Counted from the stretch's first letter, positions 28,801-38,897 are shown. The stretch: DNA of 64,000 bases from Candidatus Bathyarchaeota archaeon (GCA_005888755.1 VBBQ01000026.1:20434-84433), one strand, 5' to 3'. Translations and numbers: made by a program. The notes: generated by a model not told the origin, from the sequence alone.

Positions 28801-30552
28801 TTACAAGCTGCAATAGTCTTGAGTATTTCCTGCAAAGGTGTTGTTGGCGACATGGTTCTGGTCGACACTTGATGACGAGTCCGTTTGGATTCCGCACTGA
28901 TTATCGCTGATTGCGTTGTTGGTGATCACGTTTCCTCTAGCAGAGTTCGTTAAGCGGATTCCACCCCCTATGTTGTAGGATACTGTGTTCGATGTGATGT
29001 TTATGCCGTCAGATCCATCTACCCCAATACCCACCACGCCGCCATTTGAGCCGGTTCCGCCAAGATTTGGATTATTGTTCGATACGAGAACATTATTGCA
29101 GTTCGAGACCGCTATTCCCGTGTCTGGCGAACTCACAGTGTTACTGTCAATCGTCAAATCGCCGCAACTGTAGACAGAGATCGGGGTGTGCGCCTGAATA
29201 CTGTTCTGGTTGATCGAGACAGCAGAAAGATGGTCCAGGTTGATCCCCTCTTCCGCTCCACCCTTGTTTCCAACTATGCTGGCGCCGCTCAAATAAGAAC
29301 CGGTGATAGCAAAGGGGCCACCCCCCAGAGTGTTATAGCTGACGTCGAAGCTAGACGATTGGTAGAGAAAGATCCCGTGCCCATTCCCAGAATAGATATA
29401 GTTACTTGCAACTTGGAAGTCCTCGGAATTACTGATGCGAATACTATCGCGAGATACTGAAACAAGCGAGTTCTGGACAACGCCGTTTTGCGTGGACGAG
29501 AGTACGATGCCATCGCCACTGCCTGATATGGTAACATTGATGATGGTGAAATATGCCGTTGTGTTAGCTATCTCAATCCCGTAGTCCTGGGCCTGAATTG
29601 TCCAGTCGCTTATCACGTATGGATCGTCACTGGTCCCAGTTCCGCCTGTGACGCCGTTGTCAGTGGTGAACCCGTCGTTCCCATCTATGAAAATTGGCGT
29701 GTGAGGCCGGGAGTCCGATGAAACTAGGCCGTCCATTACAATTGCTGTTGGATCGGTCCCACTGCAGGTGAAATAGGTCTTGCTTCCCAATGTGTCGACT
29801 ATTTGATAATCGACGTCCAGAGCGCCTCCCATTTGAGTTACCTCGGTGAAACCAGTTGATGCGGTGCAGCCCTCTGCATCGTTTATCGCCGTACTCGCTA
29901 TGACAAAGTCCAGCGTTGATGTTTCCGTTGAGACGGTACAGTCATTAGGGCCAGGACCTGCGCAACCCACTGTCGCGGGCAATGAAGGGCTGGCGTCGAA
30001 TACGGTTGCGATGTTCACGCCTTTAACTGCAAAAGCCATAAACTCGAAGAATCGCTGACCTGAAACTCGAACGGTGATATTGTCCGATGAAAGGGTACTG
30101 GGAGCGATAGCGTAGTATTCCCACAGTCTATCATTAGGGGCAAAGGATGCGCGGAGAGCATAGTCTAGGCCGCTGTTATCGGTAACGGAAGACACGTTAT
30201 CACTGCACGATATGTACCCGCACTCAATAATCACGACTATGACATCATTGGGGTTGTTTGTTGTGAGTGATGTCCCACAGCACATTACTCCGTCTAATCC
30301 TAATGAAGGTGCAGCGCGAACAGCTTGCGGCACGGAGACCACCAGCGAGAATAGGATAACCGTCAGCATGATCAAAATTGAGCGACGAAACTTCCATATC
30401 CTCGGAATCATTTGAATGATGCGTGATAACTGAGAAATATCAACAGCGGGTACACATACGAACACTAATGGAGAGGGCTTCAAGACAGCTTCCTTCTCAA
30501 GGAATCGAGGGATTTCTTTTGGCCTCGACAATTCCTCAGCTTTTGGCGACAC
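28801..30552 (-). CDS. Secreted protein with C-terminal right-handed beta-helix (NosD/pectin-lyase-like)
   Basis: Signal peptide near MIPRIWKF...AVRA; HTPIFIDGNDGFTTDNGVTGGTGTSDDPYVIS followed by repeated I.l..s.n..I..N turns. Confidence 0.85.
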   Translation of the reverse strand: MSPKAEELSRPKEIPRFLEKEAVLKPSPLVFVCVPAVDISQLSRIIQMIPRIWKFRRSILIMLTVILFSLVVSVPQAVRAAPSLGLDGVMCCGTSLTTNNPNDVIVVIIECGYISCSDNVSSVTDNSGLDYALRASFAPNDRLWEYYAIAPSTLSSDNITVRVSGQRFFEFMAFAVKGVNIATVFDASPSLPATVGCAGPGPNDCTVSTETSTLDFVIASTAINDAEGCTASTGFTEVTQMGGALDVDYQIVDTLGSKTYFTCSGTDPTAIVMDGLVSSDSRPHTPIFIDGNDGFTTDNGVTGGTGTSDDPYVISDWTIQAQDYGIEIANTTAYFTIINVTISGSGDGIVLSSTQNGVVQNSLVSVSRDSIRISNSEDFQVASNYIYSGNGHGIFLYQSSSFDVSYNTLGGGPFAITGSYLSGASIVGNKGGAEEGINLDHLSAVSINQNSIQAHTPISVYSCGDLTIDSNTVSSPDTGIAVSNCNNVLVSNNNPNLGGTGSNGGVVGIGVDGSDGINITSNTVSYNIGGGIRLTNSARGNVITNNAISDNQCGIQTDSSSSVDQNHVANNTFAGNTQDYCSL

Positions 30553-30659
30553 TCCTTACCGCTTTGACCCGAGTGACCAGTTGGCTAAACGTTCCGGTGG
30601 GTAACCGAACAAAATGCCGGTTAGAAGGACTCCATTGAATATCAGAATAGCTCGTCAAC

Positions 30660-30960
30660 CCGCTCTAAAAACGACGTTAGAAGCAAAGGGTGGAGTTCTC
30701 CCGAAAGTTATATCGCAAAGCAGATCTAAACGTTGCTCCAAAACCGAAATTAGCAGACCGGCAACTCATTGAGGCGTTCATCCGAGGGCGCGGACTCGAC
30801 CCACGAGCGTTCTCCGAGAAGAAGACCAGAACGAGGGTTTTGGGGAACCAACATCGCATAGATACAGGCGAAATGGAACAATGGGAACTGAGAACCCTGA
30901 CGGAAGCCTTCGCTCAAAGTGTCCTCAACACATCTAATGGCATACCGCCTATTGCTAGTG
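30660..30960 (+). pseudogene. Possible C-terminal remnant of an archaeal tyrosine integrase
   Basis: NDVRSKG/VEFSRKLYRKADLNVAPKPKL...IRGRGLDP resembles from memory the post-catalytic tail of TACK integrases; abuts a tRNA 3' fragment; no R-H-R-H-Y residues left. Confidence 0.45.
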
Positions 30961-30967
30961 CTCGCCT

Positions 30968-31015
30968 TGGTAGCCCGGGGGGAGATTCGAGGTGGAGCTC
31001 GAAGGGACCGGTATA
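30968..31015 (-). mobile_element. att-site remnant: tRNA-Gln-like 3' end with CCA plus arm (copy 2)
   Basis: Minus strand reads TATACCGGTCCCTTCGAGCTCCAC-CTCGAATCTCCCCCCGGGCTACCA. Confidence 0.7.
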
Positions 31016-31351
31016 ATGTTCGCCTGGAAGAAAGTGTCGGCAAAAGTCGTCGTCAGCGTCTTGAGTTCCCACATGGTTCTCCTGGACTCGGAGGGTGGGA
31101 GAGCATGATAATCTATCCCCTCATCATCTGGCTGATAGGATACGGAAACTATCTGATGACCGCTTCTGACTAGCCTCTAAGAAGCATTAGCCAAAGAGCA
31201 ACACAAGGCCGCCGGTCCATTTCAGTTCGTGATATCATCCAGAAAAAATGGGATTCTCAAATCTCCCATTAGGTCGAGGGATGCAAGACCCCCACAAGCA
31301 CGGACACATGTGGCCGATTAGACCGACTGTCGGCCCCACCGCCGGGCATCC

Positions 31352-33112
31352 TCATGTCTGCACAGCTGTCGCTTGCATGCCAGAGATTATCGACTCGACT
31401 TCAGTGGTCATTCGGGTCACTCTGCCATTTTCGATCATCAGAATCATGCTACAGTTCCTCAGAGTACTCGGACGATGGGCGATCATCAGGGTGGTCCTAT
31501 CCTTCATCAGCTCTTGAATTGTGTCGAGGATGGCAGATTCGGTATGAACATCCAGTGAACTGGTAGGCTCATCGAGTATGAGAATGGGCGCGTTCTTGAG
31601 AAATGCGCGGGCTAGTGATATGCGCTGACGCTCTCCGCCAGACAGCTTCATTCCTCGCTCACCGACTAACGTGTCGTATCCATTCGGTAGACTTGTGATG
31701 AAGTCGTGAGCTTTCGCGGTGGTTGCTGCTGCAATAACCTCGTCGATGGTCACGTTGGGTCGGGCGAAGCGAATGTTCTCAGCTACGGTCGTTGAGAAGA
31801 GTACAGTCTCCTGGTGTACTACTGCATACTGGTTTCGGAGATCGGCCAGCTTGTAATCTCTCAGATCGATATCGTCCAGAATGATCGATCCCTCAGTGGG
31901 GTCGAAGAGGCGTAGCATGAGGGTTGAGAGTGTGGTCTTGCCTGAACCGGTTGGTCCGACCACGCCGAGACAGCTGCCCGAGGGCAACGAGAAAGATACT
32001 TCTTGGAGTACTGGATGATCTTTTGTGTACTCGAACGATACTTTCCGAAAAGTGATCTGGCCTTTAGCTCTCGCGAGGGAGAGCGCGTTCGGTGATTCGG
32101 GTACGTCAGGTTTCTCGTCGAGTACTGCACGATATCTTTCTACTCCGGTCAACGACATCTGAATATCGAGTATTGACGCTCCAACGTTCCTCAAAGGAGT
32201 GTAGAGCTGTGTCACGTAGTAGTTGACGACTAGAAGACTTCCAAGGGTTAGTATGCCTGCTTGAACATGGCCGATGCCTATGTAGAGCACAGCGGCCAGA
32301 CCGGCAGCTGTCACAACGCCTACGAGGAGGCTGTAAAACGCGCTGTCCACCTGGACCTTTAGCTGCGCAGACAAGCTCGCACTGTAGTGAGAGACTAGCT
32401 GCTGGTTCTTCCGTTCCTCCTGGCCATATGATTTTACAAGTCTGGAAGCGCTTAGGCTCTCTTGAGCCACCTCCATAGCCGCGCTCTCAGAAGCCCTATA
32501 CTTCCGCCATCCGGCGCGAATCCGCGGCCGGAATGCCAAGGTCAGAAGGAACATCAGAGGAGAGACGAGCAGCGCGATCAGAGCAAGCTGCCAGTCCAAG
32601 TAGACCATGACAAGAATCATTGCGGCAAGAGTAAGGATGGACGTGGCAAGGGGAATTATGTTGTCAATTCCGAACGATCGTAGCATCGGGGCGTCGTTCA
32701 GAGTACGATACGCTGAGTCTGAGGCCCCCATAGTATCATGGTACGCGATCGAAAGACGCTGCATCTGGCGAAATAGCCGGGCTCGCACGTCGAGCGTCAT
32801 CCGGTTTCCGACCTTGTTGCTGTACCAGACATTCACCAGGTTCTGGAGATAGGTCATGACTGCGGCTCCGAGAAGTATGCTTATCGCCAGGGAAATAGCA
32901 AGACTCTTGGAGACTTGTGATCCTACGAATATTGTGAGATATCCTGGCAGAGGCTGAGACCCGAGTACACTGTCAACCAAGAGCTTGATCGGCAGTGGAA
33001 AGATCAGCGCTATCGGCACTGCTAGCAGCGATATTACGAGTAGAGCCAGGATTGGCCAAAAATACGGTCGAAGATCCTCAAAGGCTCGTTTGAGCGGACG
33101 GGACCTCAACAT
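31352..33112 (-). CDS. ABC exporter, fused permease/ATPase (MsbA-like)
   Basis: GPTGSGKT, LSGGERQR, ILILDEPTSSLD, IAHR; N-terminal TMD. Confidence 0.95.
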   Translation of the reverse strand: MLRSRPLKRAFEDLRPYFWPILALLVISLLAVPIALIFPLPIKLLVDSVLGSQPLPGYLTIFVGSQVSKSLAISLAISILLGAAVMTYLQNLVNVWYSNKVGNRMTLDVRARLFRQMQRLSIAYHDTMGASDSAYRTLNDAPMLRSFGIDNIIPLATSILTLAAMILVMVYLDWQLALIALLVSPLMFLLTLAFRPRIRAGWRKYRASESAAMEVAQESLSASRLVKSYGQEERKNQQLVSHYSASLSAQLKVQVDSAFYSLLVGVVTAAGLAAVLYIGIGHVQAGILTLGSLLVVNYYVTQLYTPLRNVGASILDIQMSLTGVERYRAVLDEKPDVPESPNALSLARAKGQITFRKVSFEYTKDHPVLQEVSFSLPSGSCLGVVGPTGSGKTTLSTLMLRLFDPTEGSIILDDIDLRDYKLADLRNQYAVVHQETVLFSTTVAENIRFARPNVTIDEVIAAATTAKAHDFITSLPNGYDTLVGERGMKLSGGERQRISLARAFLKNAPILILDEPTSSLDVHTESAILDTIQELMKDRTTLMIAHRPSTLRNCSMILMIENGRVTRMTTEVESIISGMQATAVQT

Positions 33113-33175
33113 GCCACTAATCTAACGGATCGGCGGAATAAACCCTCGTGACTAAGTACGTTAAGAGTAGGTCCG

Positions 33176-33303
33176 CTATTCCTTCAATGCCTGCTCTGGT
33201 TTCATCCTTCGAGCGACGACAAACAAAAATGATTCCGATGATGACGAGAGCGATATCAGAAAGGATGAGGCAGTGCGCACCCACCAATACCATGGCAGTG
33301 GAC
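33176..33303 (-). pseudogene. Degenerate copy of the 3' half of small membrane gene 36757-37017
   Basis: PLPWYWW...VVARRMKPEQA versus PLPWYWW...VVAQRMKPKQA with compensating indels. Confidence 0.75.
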
Positions 33304-33485
33304 GGGGCTCGAGGCGTCCCTTGCTGGCGGCCAAAAAGCTCCACGGAGTTTCCGCGCAGCTTGGGATTTTCAGCGGTCAGCTTGGTGGCTAGCAATCTTC
33401 AGGGTCAAGGTACTCTCAGGCAAAACCGTCCGACTTATGAGGCAAACGAGAAAGTTACGAGGGCGACTTCTGGAGTTGACGTAGG

Positions 33486-35747
33486 ATGACTGGCGCCGAG
33501 AAACACGAAGATCACCCCGATCATCACCACATGAACGCTGACACTACGACCTACACCTGTCCTATGCATCCAGAGATCAGATCCACCTCTCCTGGAACTT
33601 GCCCAATATGTGGGATGAGACTAGTCCCGGTCGCCAAGTCAGAAGGAGGAATGGATGATCACGAGCACAATATGAAGTCTCCTTCCAAGATGTCTCGCTG
33701 GGAGAAATTCAAGATGAGCATGACCATGACGATGGGGATGGAGCATACTGGTGTTGCGGGCCGAGAAATGGCGAGGCTGATGGAGCTGGATATTCGCCAA
33801 AAATTCTTCTTCGCACTGATACTATCATTCCCGATAATCCTATACTCGCCTCTCGGAAAACTCGTCTTCGGTTTTCAACCCCCGGCCCCTATACCGGTTC
33901 CCTGGATTCTCTTCCTACTAACAACTCCTGTGTTCTTCTATTCTGGCTGGATTTTCCTCTATTCAAGCGTCAAGGCTCTTCAAAATCAAACATTGAACAT
34001 GTCAGTTCTCATCGCTGTGGGCATTACGGCTGCTTACAGCTTCAGCGTTCTTCTCACGATTCTGCAGAGCTCCGATTCCTATTACGAGGCAGCCGCGCTA
34101 CTCGTTACTTTCGTCCTTTTCGGTCACTGGATGGAGATGAGATCTCGGCGCGGCACAACCGACGCCTTGCAGGCCTTGCTCCAACTGGTTCCCGCTCAAG
34201 CTAGAGTCCTCCAGGACGGGAAAGAGACTCTCGTTTCAACTTCAGAGTTGCAAGTTGGCGACATCATAGTTCTGAAACCCGGGGACCGAGTGCCTGTCGA
34301 CGGGACGATAGTTGATGGTGAGACGGCGATCGACGAATCCCTGGTAACAGGTGAATCCCTTCCGGTTGAGAAAAAGAAGGGGGATGGTGTCATAGGCGGA
34401 TCCATCAACCAATCCGGGTCCGTCAGGTTCGCGGCATCCAAAGTTGGCGAGGAGACAGCCCTCGCGCAGATAGTAAAACTAGTCGAAGCCGCTCAAAACT
34501 CTAAAGCGCCTGGTCAGAGGCTGGCTGATAGGTTTGCTCAGTATCTTGTTGTGCTGGCGATCGGTGCGGGTCTGGTTACGTTTCTGGTCTGGTTTGCCGT
34601 TGCTCGCCAGCCAGTACTCTTCGCCCTGACCTTTGCGATCTCCGCTATAGTGATAGCTTGTCCTGACGCTCTGGGCCTCGCAACACCCACCGCAGTTGCC
34701 GTCGGAACCGGTCTCGGCGCGAAACACAACATTCTGATCAAAGACGCTCCGACACTAGAACAAGTCTCAAAGATCCAAGCAGTAGTTTTCGATAAGACGG
34801 GAACGCTGACAGAGGGGAAACCGAGAATCTCGGAAATCGCCACTGTTCAAGGCTGGAACGAGGACGAGGCTCTAACACTCGTTGGCGGGGCTGAAGCTGA
34901 CTCCAACCACCCGTTAAGCAACGCTGTGCTTGAGGAGGTGAAGAGGAAGGGGCTGAAGGTACCGGTAAGGATTGAGCGGTTCGAAAACTTGTCGGGTCTG
35001 GGAGTCAGAGCAAGCATCGAAGGGAGAGAAGTCTTGGTGGGAACTGTGAAGCTGATGAAACAGAGCGGTATTGATACGGGTCCCTTGCAGGAAAGGATAA
35101 GTCAGTCTGTCGAGAGGGGCGAGACGATTATGGTTCTGGCCGTTGATGGTGGAGCAGTAGCGGCTATTGGAGCGGCTGATACTGTGAAGCCGACAGCCAA
35201 AGTGGCGGTGTCACGGCTGAACCAGCTTGGGATTGAGACAGCCATGATTACAGGGGATAACCGAACAACCGCCGAGGCGGTCGCGAGAACCGTTGGGATC
35301 AAACGGGTATTCGCGGACGTCCTCCCACAAGACAAGGCAGCATTCGTCAAGAAGCTGCAAGATGAAGGAAAATTTGTCGCGATGGTAGGCGATGGCGTGA
35401 ATGATGCGCCGGCTCTGGCTCAAGCTGATGTCGGGATCGCAATCGGCGCTGGAACAGACGTGGCGATAGAGACGGCAAAAGTAGTCTTGATGAAATCAGA
35501 CCCTTCAGACGTCCTGCGTGCGATCAGGCTGAGCAAGGCAACTGTCACGAAGATGAAACAGAACCTCTTCTGGGCTTCTTTCTACAACATCCTCGCAATC
35601 CCCATCGCAGCCGGCATCCTCTACCCCAACTTGGGAATAATCCTCCGACCCGAGATTTCCGCCCTACTCATGAGCGCATCCTCGATAATCGTCGCGACCA
35701 ACGCTGTCCTGTTGAAAAGGACGGAAAAAAATCTAGTCGCCATCTAG
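33486..35747 (+). CDS. copA: Copper-translocating P1B-type ATPase with N-terminal heavy-metal-binding domain
   Basis: YTCPMHP...CPICGM, TGES, CPDALGLATP, DKTGT, HP, GDGVNDAP, YN, MSASS. Confidence 0.9.
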   Translation: MTGAEKHEDHPDHHHMNADTTTYTCPMHPEIRSTSPGTCPICGMRLVPVAKSEGGMDDHEHNMKSPSKMSRWEKFKMSMTMTMGMEHTGVAGREMARLMELDIRQKFFFALILSFPIILYSPLGKLVFGFQPPAPIPVPWILFLLTTPVFFYSGWIFLYSSVKALQNQTLNMSVLIAVGITAAYSFSVLLTILQSSDSYYEAAALLVTFVLFGHWMEMRSRRGTTDALQALLQLVPAQARVLQDGKETLVSTSELQVGDIIVLKPGDRVPVDGTIVDGETAIDESLVTGESLPVEKKKGDGVIGGSINQSGSVRFAASKVGEETALAQIVKLVEAAQNSKAPGQRLADRFAQYLVVLAIGAGLVTFLVWFAVARQPVLFALTFAISAIVIACPDALGLATPTAVAVGTGLGAKHNILIKDAPTLEQVSKIQAVVFDKTGTLTEGKPRISEIATVQGWNEDEALTLVGGAEADSNHPLSNAVLEEVKRKGLKVPVRIERFENLSGLGVRASIEGREVLVGTVKLMKQSGIDTGPLQERISQSVERGETIMVLAVDGGAVAAIGAADTVKPTAKVAVSRLNQLGIETAMITGDNRTTAEAVARTVGIKRVFADVLPQDKAAFVKKLQDEGKFVAMVGDGVNDAPALAQADVGIAIGAGTDVAIETAKVVLMKSDPSDVLRAIRLSKATVTKMKQNLFWASFYNILAIPIAAGILYPNLGIILRPEISALLMSASSIIVATNAVLLKRTEKNLVAI

Positions 35748-35896
35748 TCAGAGTTCTTCGAAGGCTCACGACTAGGGGGCTTGAGCATTGCTCTAGATCG
35801 CTGGCGTCTCGAAGGGGCTATGACCCGCAGACTTCTCCCTTTCCAAGTAAACGGATCTCCCTCTACTGAGACAAGGGGCTCCGAAAAAAAAGGGAG

Positions 35897-36562
35897 TTAG
35901 ACGAGTGGTGTCCGGGTGCTGGTTCCAACGTCTGCCCTTGCAATAGCTGAGGGGGCTGGTGGCAGTGAGACCGTCGGTCCTCCCACGACTGTCAGCGTTC
36001 CGGAGGCGATTGCGAGCCTCATCTGGCTGGAAACGTGGAGGAAGAGTGAGAAACCGTTGAACTGGACCCGACTCTCCATGGTCGTGCGAACTATAGGGTT
36101 GAGCATTCCAGTGAGTGGGTCTGTTGCCGTCCATGAGACAGTTATCGTGACCGTCTTCGGACTGAATGAAACGAGGTCAATTCCTTGTACGGTGGCGCTC
36201 AGAGAGGCCGTGGTCAGTCTAGGGTCCACCTGGAAGCTTGCCGCCGTAGAGTTGCCGACGAAGCTGAGAATGGGCATCTGGGTTACTGGGTCGCTCATGA
36301 GGACCAGCAACGTGACGAAGACTCCGTGTTGAACCGAGCCTTGGCCCGTCATGGTTTGTCCGTCTGTTGGTAGCAGAACCACTAGTAGAGGTGGTGGCGG
36401 GAACGGTCCGGGTCCCGGAGGGGGCGGGGAACCTGGCGGTTGAAAGGGAGCACCCCAAGCGGCGGGAGCAATCAGACCGCTGAAATGAATGACCTGCGAG
36501 GTGGATGCAGCGCTCAACGGAGACGTCACGATCATCATCCCGATCAGAATAGTAGCCAGCAA
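35897..36562 (-). CDS. Secreted hypothetical protein with Pro-rich linker
   Basis: Signal peptide MLATILIGMMIVTSPLSA; beta-rich body. Confidence 0.7.
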   Translation of the reverse strand: MLATILIGMMIVTSPLSAASTSQVIHFSGLIAPAAWGAPFQPPGSPPPPGPGPFPPPPLLVVLLPTDGQTMTGQGSVQHGVFVTLLVLMSDPVTQMPILSFVGNSTAASFQVDPRLTTASLSATVQGIDLVSFSPKTVTITVSWTATDPLTGMLNPIVRTTMESRVQFNGFSLFLHVSSQMRLAIASGTLTVVGGPTVSLPPAPSAIARADVGTSTRTPLV

Positions 36563-36756
36563 ATCCTAATTTTCCCAAAAACGAGCGATTATAACATAAA
36601 ATAAAAGAGTTCCGGTTTAGTGGTAGATGTATCTATCCAGAGCTATCATAGTCAAGAAAAATAGATCGCCCGATTTTTCAGGGATGATCCAATCTCATTC
36701 AAGTTAACAAGGCGAGTCGATTGCGAGACGAATGAGCGAACCTCTGTCCCGTTGAG

Positions 36757-37017
36757 CTAGGCCTGCTTTGGTTTCATCCTTTGAGCGACGACAAGCAAAA
36801 TGATTCCTATAATGATGAGAGTGATGCCAGAAAAGAACGAGGCCGCGGGCAGCCACCAATACCATGGCAATGGACCAGGTGGGCAGCCGTTGAGCGGACA
36901 AGACGGGCCTGTTCCGGTAGGGCCACCAATAAGACCGAGCATAAACAGAAAGATTCCTAAGACAACGAGCGCGAACCCCAGTGTCTGAAGGGTATACTTG
37001 TCAAGTCGAGCCAACAT
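36757..37017 (-). CDS. Small 2-TM protein with Cys/Pro loop
   Basis: TM-GPSCPLNGCPPGPLPWYWW-TM. Confidence 0.7.
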   Translation of the reverse strand: MLARLDKYTLQTLGFALVVLGIFLFMLGLIGGPTGTGPSCPLNGCPPGPLPWYWWLPAASFFSGITLIIIGIILLVVAQRMKPKQA

Positions 37018-37204
37018 GCTCTTTCCGCAAGGTGGGAATTAGGAATTTTCAGAAAAGCTATTCGGTGCAACCGGTTCACAATTAGCGGGTCTTTATCAGA
37101 GGGCTAGACCTCGTGCGAAGTTGCCCCTTTTTTTGTGAAAAGACAGTTTACATCATTCGTCATGAACTGAACTACTGCGTCTACTTCGAGAATAAGTAAG
37201 AGTC

Positions 37205-38533
37205 TTGGTTCAACTTCACTCCAACGCTCGTGCCCACAATTTGACCGATCAAATCCAAGAACCTCTCCCAGCGCAAACGGCACCTAGGTCTCAAGCCAGT
37301 AGGGCTGCACTGGTATTCATATTCGCCACAGTCCTCTTTGATACCATCGGATTCGGGATCATAATTCCCGTACTCCCTGGTCTGGTAGTCGGCTTCGTAG
37401 GAGGAAACACAGCTCAAGGCGCCGAAGTCTTCGGCCTCTTCGGTACAACCTGGGCTCTGATGCAATTCCTATTCGCTCCATTGCTAGGCGCATTATCCGA
37501 CCGGTACGGTCGACGACCCGTCCTCATCCTCTCGGCATTCGGCCTCGGCATAGACTACATCATAATGGCCCTCGCCCCCAACCTAACCTGGCTCTTCATC
37601 GGACGAGTTGTCAGCGGAATCACTAGTGCAAGCTTCACTGTCAGCTTCGCCTACGTGGCCGACACTACCCCCGGCGAGAAACGGGCCGGCGCCTACGGCA
37701 TGATAGGCTCGATCTTTGGAGTAGGATTCATCATCGGACCGCTCGTCGGAGGACTATTGGCGGGAATAGGCCCGCGATTCCCATTCTGGGGTGCAGCAGC
37801 ACTCTCGCTGGCAAGTGCTGCATACGGACTGATTGTGCTGCCGGAGTCTCTTCCTCTCGAGCATAGACGTCCGGTCTCGCTTCGAAGAGCCAACCCTATC
37901 GGCTCTCTATCCATGATCCGGGGCCGAAAGGGGCTCGCGGGCTTTGTTACAATCAACTTCCTTAACTTCCTCGCCTTCCAAGTCCTACCCAGCATCTACG
38001 TACTCTACGCTGCCTACAGATACGGCTGGGGGTATGCAACAGTCGGAGCAGCACTCGCCCTAGTAGGTGCATCCAACATCATAGTTCAAGGACTCCTCGT
38101 CCGGCGGGTCGTCACACGGTTCGGCGAACGAACCGCCCTGCTCATCGGAATAATCTCAGGAACGGTAGGATTCGTGACCTGGGGCCTCGCACCGAACAGC
38201 CTCCTATTCATGATCGCAATAATCTTCTACGCCCCAATCGGATTCGTCCAGCCCGCATTGCAAGGCCTGATGACTCGGCGGGTGGGCCCATCTGAACAAG
38301 GACAACTCCAAGGCATCAACGGCAGCCTCTTGGGCCTCACCGGTGTCATCGGACCCACGCTTTTCACTCTAGTATTCGCATTCTTCATTAGCAGCCAAGC
38401 CCCCGTCAATCTTCCAGGCGCACCATTCCTGCTCTCCGCACTCTTGATGATCAGCTCACTCATCTTAACCGCAAAAGTCACCCGTGCGAAAGATCAGAGT
38501 TCAGTTAGCAACGACCCTCCGAACACGTATTGA
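37205..38533 (+). CDS. MFS DHA1 drug/H+ antiporter, TetA-like
   Basis: GALSDRYGRRPV motif A, GRVVSGIT, GFIIGP motif C, QGQLQG. Confidence 0.9.
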   Translation: MVQLHSNARAHNLTDQIQEPLPAQTAPRSQASRAALVFIFATVLFDTIGFGIIIPVLPGLVVGFVGGNTAQGAEVFGLFGTTWALMQFLFAPLLGALSDRYGRRPVLILSAFGLGIDYIIMALAPNLTWLFIGRVVSGITSASFTVSFAYVADTTPGEKRAGAYGMIGSIFGVGFIIGPLVGGLLAGIGPRFPFWGAAALSLASAAYGLIVLPESLPLEHRRPVSLRRANPIGSLSMIRGRKGLAGFVTINFLNFLAFQVLPSIYVLYAAYRYGWGYATVGAALALVGASNIIVQGLLVRRVVTRFGERTALLIGIISGTVGFVTWGLAPNSLLFMIAIIFYAPIGFVQPALQGLMTRRVGPSEQGQLQGINGSLLGLTGVIGPTLFTLVFAFFISSQAPVNLPGAPFLLSALLMISSLILTAKVTRAKDQSSVSNDPPNTY

Positions 38534-38897
38534 ATCTCACATTTGACACTACCGAGAAAGAACTTCTTGGAGGTTCAAAGGCACAGCAAAAACTTGGTGA
38601 CCAGATTCAAGCCGCCACGTGACTTGTGGTTCCAGCGAGATTACTTTCGGCGAACTTACCCCTCTAAAGAGTCCTACCCGCATTCCTAGTTGCTACGGAA
38701 ATGTTCGACTACATCAGACTACTACCAGAGTTTGTACGAGAAGTCCTCTGCGCTTACGAAACCTGGAACGGAAAGGACGGTGTGCCCTTGAAACTCCAAG
38801 AACTCATGATGGTCTTAGAGATCGAAGTCTCCCACCGCTAGCAGGTCGTATTGAAGAAGCTGAAGAGAAGCCGAGTCAACGGACCCCTCTTGCGAGG

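Noticed and set aside
28096-31015. Functional tRNA genes
   Set aside because: Only the last ~20-24 nt are tRNA-like; D-arm, anticodon arm and 5' T-stem are missing
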